Assembly (NCBI RefSeq): GCF_052425735.1
Contig: NC_135758.1
Coordinates: 16,988,001 to 17,052,000, forward strand
Direction: 5' to 3'
Source: Oculina patagonica
Lineage: Eukaryota
Length of the DNA stretch: 64,000 bases
Positions within the stretch are counted from its first letter, which is position 1. Each line of letters begins with the position of its first letter. The position numbers and the translations under genes are program-made. Below, piece after piece: positions 25,801 through 40,800 of this stretch. The notes below the pieces were generated by a model. The model had not been told where the DNA came from, made no database searches, and saw nothing but the letters and a program-made list of their open reading frames with translations.

Positions 25801-28800
25801 GTAGAATGGGTGAAATCCATGTGTGTTTACCGTCTGTGAGCTTGGTTTGATCAGTTCACTGTCTGGCAGCGTTGTCTGTTCATCTTGCAAAGGTCTGATC
25901 CATTTCATCGTGCTTTTCCAGAACTTCTTGTCCCCTACAGCTGAAAGTAAGGACTTGGGGTGTGTCAGCAGACCCTGATCCGTAGATGAGTCGTTGGTTT
26001 CCTAACAAATAAATCAGAAGAAAATAAATATTGTTCACACATCTAAAAGATGAACTACAGTTTGGGATTCCACATGAATTGAAAACAAGCTGCAACTTGC
26101 AAAGCAAATTTGCATTTCGAAGGGCGGAATCTTGGCAACTCGTCGTGACGTTGCAAGTTGCTTTGAATAAACTGCACCATAACATTACAAAGCTCTGCGC
26201 AAAGAAAGAAAACCATTCATTTCACTTCCCAAACATTATACCTGGTCTGTCACCTGCATGTGTTGATTCAACTCATGATACAGAATCTGCAAAATGAACA
26301 TAAATTTAGAACATTACGGAGACTACGAGAAAAAAGTAGGCGCGGAGTGCAGCCATCATGACTTTGGAACTCTCAAGTAACAAATGAATATTTTGAAAAC
26401 CATCACAAAAAATACTGTAAGCTGAGCGTTTTCAAATACAGTATGCAAGAAACATCAGCCATAACGTGTTCAGTAAGAACCAAATATTTGTAATATACTC
26501 ATAATGCGCTTCATCTGTTTCTAATTTGATTATATTTTTTATACAAAAAATTAGCTAGTTCACCTGAGTTTCTAAAAGACTCCTGGATTTGAGAACAGAT
26601 TCCAGCTCATCTGGTGTGCAGTGAGTCAGGGAAAATGCAAGAAGACTTTGCCTGGGAAAAAATGACAAGGATATCTATAATTAAGAATGTTGGTAGATTA
26701 ACTACACTATATATAACAGGAGAAACAACTGTGTGCAAAACTTTTGACTCTAACGCAGTGAAACAAATTTGCACTTATTTGCTTCACAGATGTCTGTAAT
26801 TCAACCTGTGCTAGCAATGAATGCAAATGACCACCCCAAAGTAAAACTCACTTGGGCCCCAGAGGGCAAACATCAAAAAGGCAGGCCTGAAAAGAGACCA
26901 GGAGAAAAACAGTATGGAGGGCCTAAAGGGGTGCAGGTTGGTTTCAAAGCCTGGTACGATGCTAGGGTTTGTGTGAAAGACCAAGAAACCGGCGGAGATA
27001 TGCAAAGCCCTATTTCCTAGACCTTTAGCAAAAAGCAAATGACGTTGACTTCATACTACTGGGTTTATCTTTCGTTTTTCACTACAGCTAAACTTTGATC
27101 ACCCAAAGATGAAACCAAACGTGTAGTCAATTCATCCGACAATTAAATAACACAAAACACTAAGGCTGCCATAACACAAAGTAGGCAAACCATCACAAGA
27201 TGAAGAAATTAAGTTAGCATAGCAAGATCGCAGAAATATGCCATATACAATATCTGTCTTAAGATTTTTTCCACTGGCTTTAACTCTTTATTTAACCGAT
27301 GGCCAATGCTAAAACTTGGCAACTTGTCAACCTACAATTTCCACCCAGTACATGTAAGTACATTCCTATTTAATGTGTTCTTCATAAATACACTGTAGCA
27401 TTCTTATCTCTTGCCTTTATTATTTCTTTACAATACTCACCTTGCCTTAAGGTCTTTGAATTCTTCACATTCTCCAAGAATCCTGTTATATAAAAAAAAA
27501 CAAGGTTCAAAGAACCTGTTGTAACACCATTTCCCCCTCAAAGAAAGGTTCCGAGTGTCACACAGCATACCCCATGTTCACAAGTGGCAAAACATTCTGG
27601 GCTGAGTACATAAAAGCAAGGCTTACTGTATGGGGATTCGTGTTGCTTCAAAAGAACAAAAAAAAAAAACAGAACAAATGACTGCATCTATGAAATAATT
27701 TTGGAAAAAAATATATTGCTTCCTTTGTTACAAAGTGATCCTAAAGCCTAACATTGAAATCACTATTACAGTAACTGAGCAGTTTTTTTTTCAATAAGTG
27801 TTGTAAAGCCAAAACTACACTCACTCTGGCCAATCACAAAGGACACAGACATTCCAGTAAACCAATCAAAACTCACAGCAAATACAAATAGCCGACACAA
27901 AGTATGGGAAATCGTGTGTGAGTGAGTCGCCATTGGTTTTGGATAGGACGACAAAGTGGCATTAGTGGAGGTTGGACTGTAGTCGTATTTACCTGCAGAT
28001 AGTCCACACAGGAGCGTATTCCTCTGATATCAGACCTTGACATATTTCACATGCAAATGAGTAATCAAGCGCCTGTATAGCAGACTCAGCTGTCAACATG
28101 AGCACGCGACCCTGTCTTGATTTTTCATCAGAGCCTGAGATCTGCAGCAGGCTGGCAAGATGTAGGATCTGGTACAACAAAAAAAGAAATGTGATAAGAC
28201 TTCGAATGTAAACGTCCAGCTTATTTGGTAAAACTGATGTGTCACTTGATTAAGTAGACCATGGAGAGAATGTGCAATGTGAATTACCTTTTGCTTCTTC
28301 TTGTAAGCTGTACATGTTGATTCTAGCACTTGCCTGATCAAACTGAGCTTGTCTTCACACAAACGTACTACAATACAGAAAAAAGATAACAACAAAAGAA
28401 AAATTAAAATCAAAGTGAGACTTTGAAACGATCCTTATGAACCTTTATTGCACTTTGTTAAGGTGGTAAAGGCTGTCTTTTCATAATTATGATCATATTA
28501 GCTTGCCTATACTGTCAATCAAAGGCACACTGTAGCACAAATAGGCTGTTAAATAACTGCTGGATTTGACTAGTATTTGACCACGTTTAATTAGCATAAA
28601 GCTGACTTTTCATATTTTATTACAGTATTTATTGTGGTGGGCGTTTTATTTTTTTGNNNNNNNNNNNNNNNNNNNNNNNNNNNNNNNNNNNNNNNNNNNN
28701 NNNNNNNNNNNNNNNNNNNNNNNNNNNNNNNNNNNNNNNNNNNNNNNNNNNNNNNNNNNNNNNNNNNNNNNNNNNNNNNNNNNNACAGATCACTTGGTAC

Positions 28801-31800
28801 AAAAATTATACAACATTTACCTCTACAATGCATACAATCTACAAATATACCAATCTAATAACTTCAATAATGCATGGGGCATCATCAACAGTGCACTAAA
28901 GATACTCCTTCACAGTCATGACAAACATTATACTTTTTTGTCATCTAGAGGTTCCTATCATCATATACCTTGCAAAGGAAGAATTGAGATTCCAAAATCA
29001 TCCAGCAATGCCAAGGCAGCAATCAAATTAAACTCTTCCTGCAGTGCAGGTGATCGATCGTCAATAAGATTCAAACACTCTCTTGCTAGGTCCATGACCT
29101 TATCAGATAGATCAGCAGAGGAGTTGAAATACTCTTTTGCGGCATCTAACACAAGCTCTGTGCCTCTAGCACACTTGATACGAGGCCCAACAACTGGGTT
29201 GTCAGATACTGGATAGTCCTCCTCCATAGCTGTCTTGCAGATCATCTGGCCAGCTAGCTGGATACATTCTCTTCTACCAGAATGAAGAAGATTCTCTGTG
29301 TAGATCTAAGAGTTGAATTTTCATGACAAAACAGCAAAATGAGTTACCTGGTATGTCTTGAATCTCATTCATATTAGACTAACTGAATATTTGAGCACCA
29401 AAAAGAATCATACATTTATTTTTTCTCTCGATATAAAATTCTAATATCATACATCATGCGATTAGAATAAAGGAAGTCCATGGAGAAATTACCTTAAAAC
29501 ATTTTTTACAGTCAAACCGGATGTTCTCTTGCTGGGAACTTTGCAATGTTGCAGCACAATATTAATGTTACAATATTGATTGACAGTTTGTTCGTTACAA
29601 CTTGCAACTTTCAATTCAAATTGTTCAAATCATGCAAGCACGTTAGACAGTTAAATCTGTGCGAAATGTGTTTTCTCAACTTCAAAACAACTGTCATACT
29701 GCAATTTTTGTAAAAACAACTTTTGTTAAGTGTTGTTCCTAGGTGTGTCCTTCTTGCTCCATCACAATCTTACAATTTTATAACAATCATTACAGAATGA
29801 TCTTTGCTGGAAGACTAGCTATGTTCAGAAGATCTTGCTAGTACATTAAAAGTATCCTAACCTCATAGCACATGGATGGCTCAATGCAAGAATAAACTTC
29901 TCTTTGCAGGGTCAACATGTCACCAAGTAGTGTACTCCAGTCCTTTTGTTTTAATGGTGGACTCCTACGTGTATAAAAGTGTTGTTAGTTCAATTTCAAA
30001 ACAGAGACATTTTCCAACCAGGTTTCTATACTGCCAAGAATTAAGATAAACCTAACAGGATAGCAAGATGAAAGAACTTGAAAAAGATGCTGGGAAGGAT
30101 GAGCTATTTACAATATACGTTCCTTCCTTGCATATTTATTTACCGGGTATTTATTTGTATGTTTGTTTGTTACGCTATTTGTAAGTGGCAAAAACTAAGA
30201 GAGACAAAACTAAGCAGGCAGTATCTAAGATCTATACTGCAGACAAGTCACATTAGACTTGAATTAAAGGTGGCATAGTGCAATAAAAACAAGTTAAAAT
30301 AAATGATTTGGATCATTTTATCTTTGGTACAATGCAGATGGTGTTTTTGCTTGTTTACAAGCTAAAAACGTAGAATAGGTGTTAGTGGACAAAATTTAGA
30401 ACCACATATTTGTAAACTCTCAAGGGACTTATTTAATTTCTCAAGGGACTGTTTTAATTTCTCAAGGGATTACTTTCCACTGTGGGTGATCACTTGCGAT
30501 CTCGTGAAAAAAACGTGACTTGTCACATTTACAAACGTTATATAACAATTTAAAAGTGACATGTCAGCTTTCTTATCTCAACGCACGTGTGTCTGAAAGG
30601 AGATCTATAAAAAGCGTTGCACAAACAATGGATTGCGTAACTAAAACACGAATAAATAATCATTAGCACTTACATCGTAAATTACAAACGTCAAAAATAA
30701 ACCATACCAAAAAACTCGCTCTTTTCAAAGATATTATTGAAGTTAAAACCAAATGCAAGAGATGGGGGCTTCTTTTAGCTTAGGAGCGGTTGAAAATTAG
30801 GCCAAATTTGGTCGCTACATGCAAGCGCAACTCTATTTCATCATCAGCCTAGGTCGTTAGGGACGTGACCTCGCATTGACAGGGAATGACAGCAATGTTG
30901 CATGAATCGGCTTTACAACATGCGATCGTATCTACGCAGTTCGAGTGGAATTTCAGTCAAAGACAGCAAAATTCTTTTGTATTTCATCTTCAAATATAAT
31001 TCGAAAGCATTCACTGTATATATGGCTTTTGTTTAATCCTGGGTCTTGATATCCGACCCTCGCAGAGCCTAGACAAAACGCAGCTTGAGTGTAACGATTT
31101 GTTTACGCTGCAATTATATTTTGCTGTTTCATTTGCTAATTTCGCTGCCGTAATCGACTGCCTCGAAAGGTCCTTGCAATTTTAAAGTATAGAATTGTCA
31201 GATCTCGGTGAAATTTGCACTGTTTATTTGTGTAATGTTAAGGAATATGTGTATAAATACCCGGCGCGGACGAGCCATTTTTGACAAAATTATATGGCTG
31301 CATTTCCTCCGCGAAGATAGGAAATTGTTAAACTAAACTACAAAGAAACTGTAATGATAAGTTCGAAGAACAATGCACAGGATAAACCTTCGACTCGTAC
31401 TTCATGCAAAAATGTCGATATCTCGAAGAGACTTTGATCCTTATATTACCATACACCAGGGGCCAGTTGTGATTAACCCGGTGGAATAGCCTTACCCACC
31501 CTATGAACATCTGGGGCCAGAACAAAGGGAAATGCCACATTGAACCAAGAGAAAAATTGACCAGAACACACACACTTCATCAAATTGTAAATGCTTGTTT
31601 TTCCAAAAAAGTAGGAAACTTTGTTTCTGAATAATGTATCTTGTGACACAGACCCTTTAAGAATAGATAGGTCTTCAACTTACTTTTTTGCTGCAGCCTT
31701 TGTCAAGGTTACCATAAGTGCTCTAGCTTCCTCCAAATTACCCTAAATCAAGAGAAAAAAAAGGGCAGGGAAACCATTGGTTCAATTGTTCTACTGTTCA

Positions 31801-34800
31801 TTGTATTTTGTACTTCATCAAATAAGAGCAACTTTACATCAATCCTGATCTTGTAAACTGTACAAATAATCTTGTAAAATGTTATTTTACAGCATAGTAA
31901 CATATGTATATAGTCACAAAGTTTATTTTGCAGTTTTGCAAAATGGTGCAATTTCTCACAAACATACAGTTGTATAGGAACATTTTGCGAGAAAATCACT
32001 GGTCTACCTGTTGTCATAATGCCAATGTTATATTTTGGTCATTTAGGGTTGATTAAGTTTTATTAAGACTTGGCTTATGGTTGCAAAGTGTGCCTTAAGC
32101 TCAGTTTAAAATATTAAAACATGGCTTTCTCAAACATTGTCTAAACTTCATTTATTTAAAGCCCTTAATATTTCCTTGAACCAAAAAACAGAAGCATGCG
32201 CATGTAATAGTCTTACATGTGTCTCCAGAACAAAGGACACTGGCTTTTGAAGACCATGTTTGGCTAGGGTCTCACAGGAACTATGCAAAAAAAATACAAA
32301 AATAAAAAATATTGTTTACAAAAAAATGCATGTGTTCCAAACAACATGTTAATATATCTGTAAAACCAATGGGGAAATAAAGCTTCTTGTTGTTGTTGTT
32401 GTTGATTGACCCAAAATAATTACCTCTCAAAAAGATAAATAAATAAATAAATAAATAAATAGATAAATAAATAAATAAATAAATAGTCACTGCCTGTCAC
32501 ATCTAAGAACAAAAACTTACCATAAGTAAACCTCAAGCTGATCAACTTGTATGTTGAGCTCTCTGATCTGATCTGAGAGCACACTGAAACACAACAAATT
32601 ATATTAGCAAAGTAAGAAATAAGATTAAGACTGGTATAAGAAAAACAACAGCAAGTATCTAAAGACCTCTGAGTCATCAAATCCAACCAAATGCTGTTCG
32701 AGCTGGTGCAATAAACAGCGTATCAGCTCTACCACAGAGGTTGTACTATATTCAGTAATCTTAGTTAGTTTTAATCTGATAGTAGAATAATTATGATATG
32801 ACTAATTCAACTCACTCTTCATTGCTGGCTGGCAGACATTCCAGTATACTGAACGACAAATCCAGCTGATCAAATCTGTTAAAACAAAACAATAATACTA
32901 CATTAAACCAATTTTATAATTTTGTGATAAAAAAAACTACAAAACTATCTAGTAGTAAAAACATCATTGAATGTTGTAAGTACATTATACAATAATTATA
33001 CCTCTTAGTGATATAAATGCAATCCAGTGCAAGCTTTATAAGTTGGGCTGCATCTGCTATAATAGGTTCTTTTATCTGCAATCACAGAGAATACTGCTAT
33101 TTGCAACATTACCTAGTGGATGATACAAATGGGCTACCAACCAGAACCATACTATGTCATAGACGTATACCAATCAGTGACAGTTTTAGCCATAACAATT
33201 TATTATAATTAAGTGACAATCGATCAAGTTTTCTCTTTGGTTTAAACAGCCTGCTTAATGAGAGTAGAAAGCATGCAGCTTACAAATGCTCTCACCATCA
33301 TCTGCCATTTGAATTAGTGCACAGCTAAAAGATCATTTCAGATTTCACTGTTTTTGCAAATCAAGCTGAAATTTTTGGGTTAAAATAGTACAACCCTACC
33401 ATAAAACTAAAATAATTGTTGGCAAAAGAATTTGTAAAACAAAACACTTTGATGATAAAGTTGTGTACATGTAAAACTTTATTGCCTTTGTTGACTACTT
33501 GTTTTCAATATAAAGTACCTCTGGTGTAGAGTTCTGGAATATTTTTAGCACATAAGTCAGGTCCGTCTGCAAAACACAAAAATAAAAACACATGAATCAT
33601 GTTGAATTAAAAAAAAAATACAAAACATAATTAATTATCTCAAAGTTCATTTATTTGGAAATTCTGCAAAAATATCTTAGTTAATAAAATGAATGACTTT
33701 CTCATATATTACTGGAAGAACTGTAAATTCATCATTAACAAAAATATTTCATCTTGCAATCCCCTCGGCAGACCCCAAACACAAGGACAATCCTTTTTGG
33801 TTAAGATTACAAGAAGGAATAAAAACAAGTACAATCAAGCTCACCAAGCTCCAGGTACCGTAAAAGCAATAGGCAATCTTTCTTTGTATTAATAACAAAT
33901 AATTCCTTTTTGGGTGTTATGACAGATATCTCTTCAGTAAGGGAAAAAAATTGACCACAAAGAGAGAGATTTTCAGGAGAATCCCGATTTATTGAACCCG
34001 CAATTTCTGGAAACCTCCTAATAGCTTAAACTAAAAGTTGTTTCCCTTGGGTAGTCAAACACTAAAAATTTAAGTCCCAATTCCTCGAGCTCCCGATTTC
34101 TTCACCCATTTTTTGTTTTCCTTGGAGGTTAAAGAAATGGTGATTCCAATGTATTCAATCTCTTTGGTTAACACTTATAACCCTGCACTACCTTAGCAAC
34201 ATCAGTTAAATACTGGTGGATGAGGTTCACTTGAGATTTCTTTTTGCGCTTTCCAAGCCGTTGCAAAAAGGGAATGACCCAGCGTCTGAAGTCAGCAATG
34301 AATGATTCCTCTGTGGACTTGATTAAACAAAGTTAAAGAAATGAAAACCAGTCCTCAGATAATACCACTAAGTGGCTTGCAGTTATTTGCAAAACAATTT
34401 TTGTTTGTACAAAAACGTTACATACAATAGACTAGGCCTCAATTGAATTACTTATTATTTTTGTGCTTATTTTATTTCATATATTTTTATTTTATTTTAT
34501 TATAAATTTTTTGGTCTGTACTTATTTTTATCTTATTTGATTATTTGTTGTACCAAATACTATCAATGATATTTTTTAAAACAATGATTGTTTATTTCAA
34601 AACACACAAATTGCAAATTTCAAATAACACAGAAATTAATTAACAAGTCAAAATTAAGGGATAACATGGTAACACTTCAATATTATCAACTTCTTTTTGA
34701 ATACATAATTCCTTTTCAATTAAAAGTTTGATATTATTTTAAATAACCTCTTGCAACTCCATGCCAGGCTGTACAATGTAATCTTTCACAGGGTTCAGGT

Positions 34801-37800
34801 GTTTGACCTTAAAATTGATTCAGACACCCAAACTCTGTGACAGAGGACAATGAAATGGGCAATCAGTCTGATAAATTTACCTGATAAATATAAATTTAGT
34901 ATTAAGAAAAAAGAAATACTTGAGGTACAAAATTAATTAATGTAAGAAAAGAAAAAAAAAAACATGAAGTAATTGTTGGAAAAAATTATTCCACTAAATA
35001 CCAACAAATCATACTATCAAGGCCCTTTTTTTAGTGTAGTGTTTGAACTACACTCATGCTGTAGTTTGTTTGTGAGGTGAAAAGTGCTACGGAGATAACG
35101 CTAGCTGTAAACAATTGCGCACTGAAGTGGAACAAGCATTCCACTCATGTCAAAAGATCGGCTTTCAAATAGCCTGCGTTGTTGCAGCCGGGCGTGTCAC
35201 CAAATCCTCGATATACGGCGCAGGCTACTTTTAAAAGATTGTATGTAATTATTAATATGCAAGATTTAAATCCTCGCATTTCCAGGTACGAACTGCAAGA
35301 ATTTCTTGTCTTTTGCCGGAAAAGAAACAGCAAAAACATGTCAAAAAGCGAGCTGGCAAGTAAAGTTTCTTTGATTTGTCAAACATAAAAGTGAATGCTT
35401 CCAAATTAATATTTAAAGCAACATGACCGGCCGCGACCTTTTCCGGACATCAACAATCCATCACGCAAATTGTACATCTCCCAAGTATTTCCTTCCATGA
35501 ATGAAACTTTCGTTGAGAGAGTGCCGTGTAAAATCTTCGCAGTGCAAAAAACAATACTTTCACTGCTGATTCCATCTGTTGAAAAAAGAAAACGTTTACC
35601 GCGGTTTTCTGTTTTTTAACGTGAAATTGTGGCTTCACTGTGAACTAACTAACGGTTATATAGGTTTGGCTTCGTCAGTTGGAAGAGTATAATGGCTGAA
35701 AATTTCCAAGTCCACTTTATACTGGTTTGTCAACTATTGTTATTCAACTGCAGAGAAATAAGCAGTCAAATGGTTGGAGGAGGGAAATAAGCGAAAATTT
35801 CGCATATTGTGATTATAACGAAAATTAAACTGAAATCCCTACATTGCGAAAAAAACACGATTTAAATTGTCATCAACAGTAATGCAATGCGATAAGCCAG
35901 TAAAATTAACTTATCGTTGTGTCCAAGGGAGGACAATGTTGTGTTGCATTTATTTATGGTCAAAAGGTAACTGCTTCGGCTTAATACAGGTGTCAATCTT
36001 AGTTGCTACATGTATTTCAAACACTACACTCTCCGATTGGAGCACTCGTAATCTTCTCTAAGCTTCTTGTTTGCAGTAAATTATTGAACATTATTGGACC
36101 ATGAACACTTTCCAGTAAATACAAATAGCACATATAAAATAGGTATTATGACCTACAATCGCATTCAGATTTTTGATTCACAAGTGAGTCAAATATCTGA
36201 ATTCGATGACAGATCATAATAATGCTGTCTTATTTTAACAAAAAATAATACTCTGATCAACTTATTCACAAAACAATATGAAAAATTACATGTAATGTAC
36301 TGAATTATCAAAATTTTCATCTAAACAATTCAGGGCTCAAAAAAGTGTTCTTCTGTTTTCCAGGACAAGTAGCTTTTCCTGTTGGTCAAGTAACTTCTCA
36401 TTCTTACTTGCCCAATGGGTAGAGGCCTAGGCAAGTCAACTGTCAACTAAATCGGAAATAAGAAAAACTAAGGCAAACATAAAACAGCCCAGGGCAGGCC
36501 AAATTTGACAGCTGTTTGATGTAAGGGCAAGCTGGAATTTAAGTTTTTTTTTTCGAAGCCCTGCATGTTCATGTACTTAGCAGATAATAAATCCATGCCT
36601 GTACCTTCTTCAGGAGCATCCTTAGTTTTTCCAGTTCTGTCATGTTTTGAAAAGATTCCAAGCTGAGATATACATCTGCACAACTCTGGAATTTATTAGC
36701 ACAACACAATTTAGCTTAAAATTGATACAGCAATAATTGCGGAGATACAAAATTGTTGTGACAGTCGCTATAAAGAAAATTAATTAGCATAACTTATGTA
36801 CCCTGAAAGTCAAATGAACAACCTATGTTTGAGTACTGTTCCTTGAAGATGACAAAAAATGTCTACTGTAGGGTTAAAATCTATGTTTGTTTGAATCTTT
36901 TTAGAAGCAGTTTGAATTTTAATTCTGTTGTTGCAGATAAGATACATACATTCATACATTCCCTTGTATGTTTTTTGATTTTGTTTTTACATACACTTGT
37001 ATGTTGGCATAACACATGTATGTATACCAATGTACCCTAGGTAGGTAAAAACCTTTTCAAGATCCCCAAGTGGGCTTTTCAGCTGAACTTTGAAAACCAA
37101 ATGGTATAAAATAATAATAGAAATAATATTTAAAAAACGTTTATAGTAGGTGTCCTATTATGTTGTGCTGTGTAGCAGTTTAGATGTATAAATACATAGA
37201 AACTGCTGTTGCAAAATTAAAAGCTGAGTGATGTTTGAAGCATATGCACTTCTTCAAACCAAAGGTTACTCTGAGATCTGAAGAAAAACTAACACAGGAA
37301 ACATCAGCTTTTCCAAATTAGCTAATCATGGTGGTTTATTAACCTTTATTAAGTTCCAATAATTGATAATCAACTAACTATAAAAAGAATTTATGGTACT
37401 TAAACAGGGCATACAGTCATGTGACAACCTACCTCATACACCAAAACTTCTAATGTAACAAGGTCATCATAAAGATCTCCAAGCCCCTATAGAAAAAAAA
37501 AGTTGTGGTAAACAGATGAATGAAAATGGAACGTCTATCCTTTTATTAAAATATTTGGTCAAAATTTATTGAAAAAATAACGGCATTGTTAACAGTTAAG
37601 CAGTTTACCTTGATTTCCCTTTCCATGCCAAGCTTTATTAGTTCCAGGGAATTTCCCACCTGTTTGCAGGAATAATAATACACCAAATCAAGATTTTACA
37701 CCATACATCACTTTTCTATAGTTAGTTACTATAGTTGCAAAAAATATGAGAATGGCAATGCTAATAAAACTTATAAACTACTTCATTTGTGATGAAAGTC

Positions 37801-40800
37801 AAAACAACTACCTGCATGGAGAGACGTTCCATCTCACAGGCTCTGTTCCTGTACCACTGTGTCACAACTTCTGAAGTAAGTTTACACCTAAAAACAACAT
37901 GCAATGTACATCAGTAAGTTAGTAGAAGTTATGAAATTCATTTACATGTAGCATATAAGTACATTCCTCATCCCTCGTTGCCATTGTTTGAGTCAACATT
38001 GTGCAACACTGCTAATGACTGAGAACAAAGACTACGATTGAGCCTGAGTTTTCTACACTGAGTCTAAGAGGTGCAGCCAAGTTGACAATTATTGCTCATA
38101 GAAGACAGGGCAAGTAGTCTTATTGTTTTTATAGACAATTTTTTCCTTTCGAGAGCACCACAGGCCCAGTAGTGTTGTACCAGCAAATAGATAATGACGA
38201 GAGAAGCAATCATAATAATGGATTTTCAATAGAACACACCAAGGATCTACGTAAAAAAAACGCCATCAAGTAGAGAGCAGTTTGCAGAAAAGTGCATGTA
38301 TATGTAGCAGAGTAGAGTAGAGTAGGGTGGGGTAGGTAGGGTAGGGTAGGGTTGGGTAGAGTAGAGTAGAGTAGAGTAGTAAAGGACAGTGTTTAGCACA
38401 CGTAAACAAACCTGCATGCACAATTTGGAGCTGTTTTGATAATGTTTGTTTTAGCCAGAAAGTCCAGTGGCCGTTCTTTCCCGCCAGTCTTCAATTATAA
38501 ACATTTGTGCCGTGTCGTCGCGTCTAGTTTGAAATGAACATGTCTATTTTGTCTTGTGAATTTGGCATAAAAAGTCTAAAAACCTAAACACTTCTTGAAT
38601 GAAAATTGTCTTAATTAATAACACAGATAATGGATCAGTTGTAATCCCAGCTTTTGAGAAGGAAAGCAATTTCAGCTTTTTTACAGCGGCGTCAGGAAAA
38701 GGGAACAAAATTTGCATACGCCATGAAAGTAATTTGAAACCTTTCGAATAATGCCATCCATTCATACATGTAGTTCTAAATGTCACTGCACTTAAGTATC
38801 CGATTAAGATTCTTCTTTTCACAAGCACTTTAACAGTCTGATGAAGACTCAAGCCTTAAGTATCTTTTTTGCACACACCTATACTGTTGTAGATCAGGGT
38901 TCTCCAGGTAAATAAATTCAGCTGGGTCTCCACTGTCATCCCGGCCTAAAACTTCTTTGCACTCAGTCTTCTCTACCCAGTCAGCATCTCTCCAAGATTT
39001 CTCATCCCATTCCAAAACATCTGGATCATCTGACGAGTAACTGAATTAAACAAAAACACTTAATTTTGATGATGAATATATATTTTATACTATCTGTAAA
39101 CTGCAGGTGAAAAATTAATAAAGAGAACTAAATTGCATTATGATCTTTTTCAGTAGCTTACAGGGACTGTGTCACAGATTTTAGCCAAATTTAGGCATGG
39201 GAAAATGACCATCAAATTGAGTGAAATAATAAAAATAACCTCTTAAAACAGTGAAGGAACATTTCAACAACACAGTAAATACAAAAAGAGGTATGGATGG
39301 CCAAAAGTGACAAAGATTTCAACGGATTGTGACATGAGTTTTTGAAATATTGTTGGGCTGAACAGTTTTCAAAGTTAATCTTGTTTGCTTGTAACTTTAC
39401 ATTTTTACGACCGAAAGACAAATTTGGCTTCAATGAAGCTTTGGTTTTGTCATTAAGGTCCACTGAAGTAATTCCTTTGTAAACATTAGGATTCATAGCG
39501 AGTATTTAGCAAAACTAAATAAAACAAACTTCACTCAGCCGTGACACAGTCTCTTTAAGCAGTGTTGCAAAGAAAGGCTGTTCAAGAGATCGGTTTTTTT
39601 TAGGACTGACCATTTTACACGACATCACAATACATCATAGCAATATAATACAAGCCAATTAAACTTCTTCTAACAAACAAGCACAAGTAAAGAAAAAATT
39701 TTATCTAAGTAAATTTACATATTATTTAATGTGAAGGACACTCACCCTGCCTCTGGAAGAAGAGATCTATACTCTGATGGACACTGTGTCTCATCAAAGT
39801 TGGAAAGAATAGCAAGCCTGTGAGGAAGGGTTTCTTGGCCATGGTATGTGAAGATTGCATCTAAGGCTTCCCAGTTTCCTTCCTTAAAATAACAAAATAA
39901 TCACTCACATTGTGCACGGTATTTACATGTAATAATTTATTTTATAGTATTAAGCGGTTTTTGCTCGCGTACTTAAAGTAATTCGCATTTGCTTTGATTT
40001 TGCATTACTATACTGAGCGATTTCTTTAAAAATCTTGCACCACTTTCTCGTCCAATCAGAAATAAAACTACAAGCAATCATTACCGGTACCAACTTGTTT
40101 ATGTTTTCCTGTGCTTCTCGCCAACTACAGCTATTTGCTTGGAGTTTTGATTGGCTCACTGGATTGTTTGCATCCTTTGCGGTTGACCAGAGTGATTACT
40201 TTGGTTTTGGTTTTATGACACTCAATAACGCTCTAATAATCAGTGCAATATCCAAAAAACATACCCTAGCATACTCCACAGCAGCTTGGATAATGTTCAG
40301 CTCTCTAAATCTCTCAAAGAATGTGTGGCAGTACTCCTCATGAGCAATATGGACTCCACCCAAAATGACTTCATAGGTGGAGAGGCGATCAAGGTACTGA
40401 AGGAGCTTCAGGCGGTACATACAAATGTCTCTTTGCTCCAGGTTAAAACTGATGAGAAAATATTGGTTTAAAACTATCATTAACATGATTAACTGGTTTA
40501 CAGTGAATAGACATAAGTACCAAATAGGCATGTGACTGTATAAATATAACGACAATCTGGGAGCTTGTTACCGGTATATTTTTGGACAAGAATAACTTTT
40601 ATTGAATCAGACAATGGATATTGCACTAAAGGTTAATTGATCCAAGTTACACCCAACCACTTTTCAATAATTAAACTGCATATTATCTTCCATTGCTTTT
40701 TATTATTTATCCTTTTTGATCTAAACAGAACTTTAACCAAGGCCACAGTGGAATCAAACCCTTGATTTCTTAAACCTCCCGATAACTTGAACTGAACGTT

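Noticed and set aside
26667-26674. U12-type donor-like sequence (reverse ATATCCTT)
   Set aside because: It lies next to an acceptor, not at an exon 3' boundary. All traced introns are GT-AG.
28591-29216. ORFs spanning X runs
   Set aside because: Artefacts of the N gap and of the antisense strand of an NBAS exon.
34749-34808. Exon-like segment in an NBAS intron
   Set aside because: The flanking exons already join in phase and colinearly with NBAS, and this segment shows no similarity to it.
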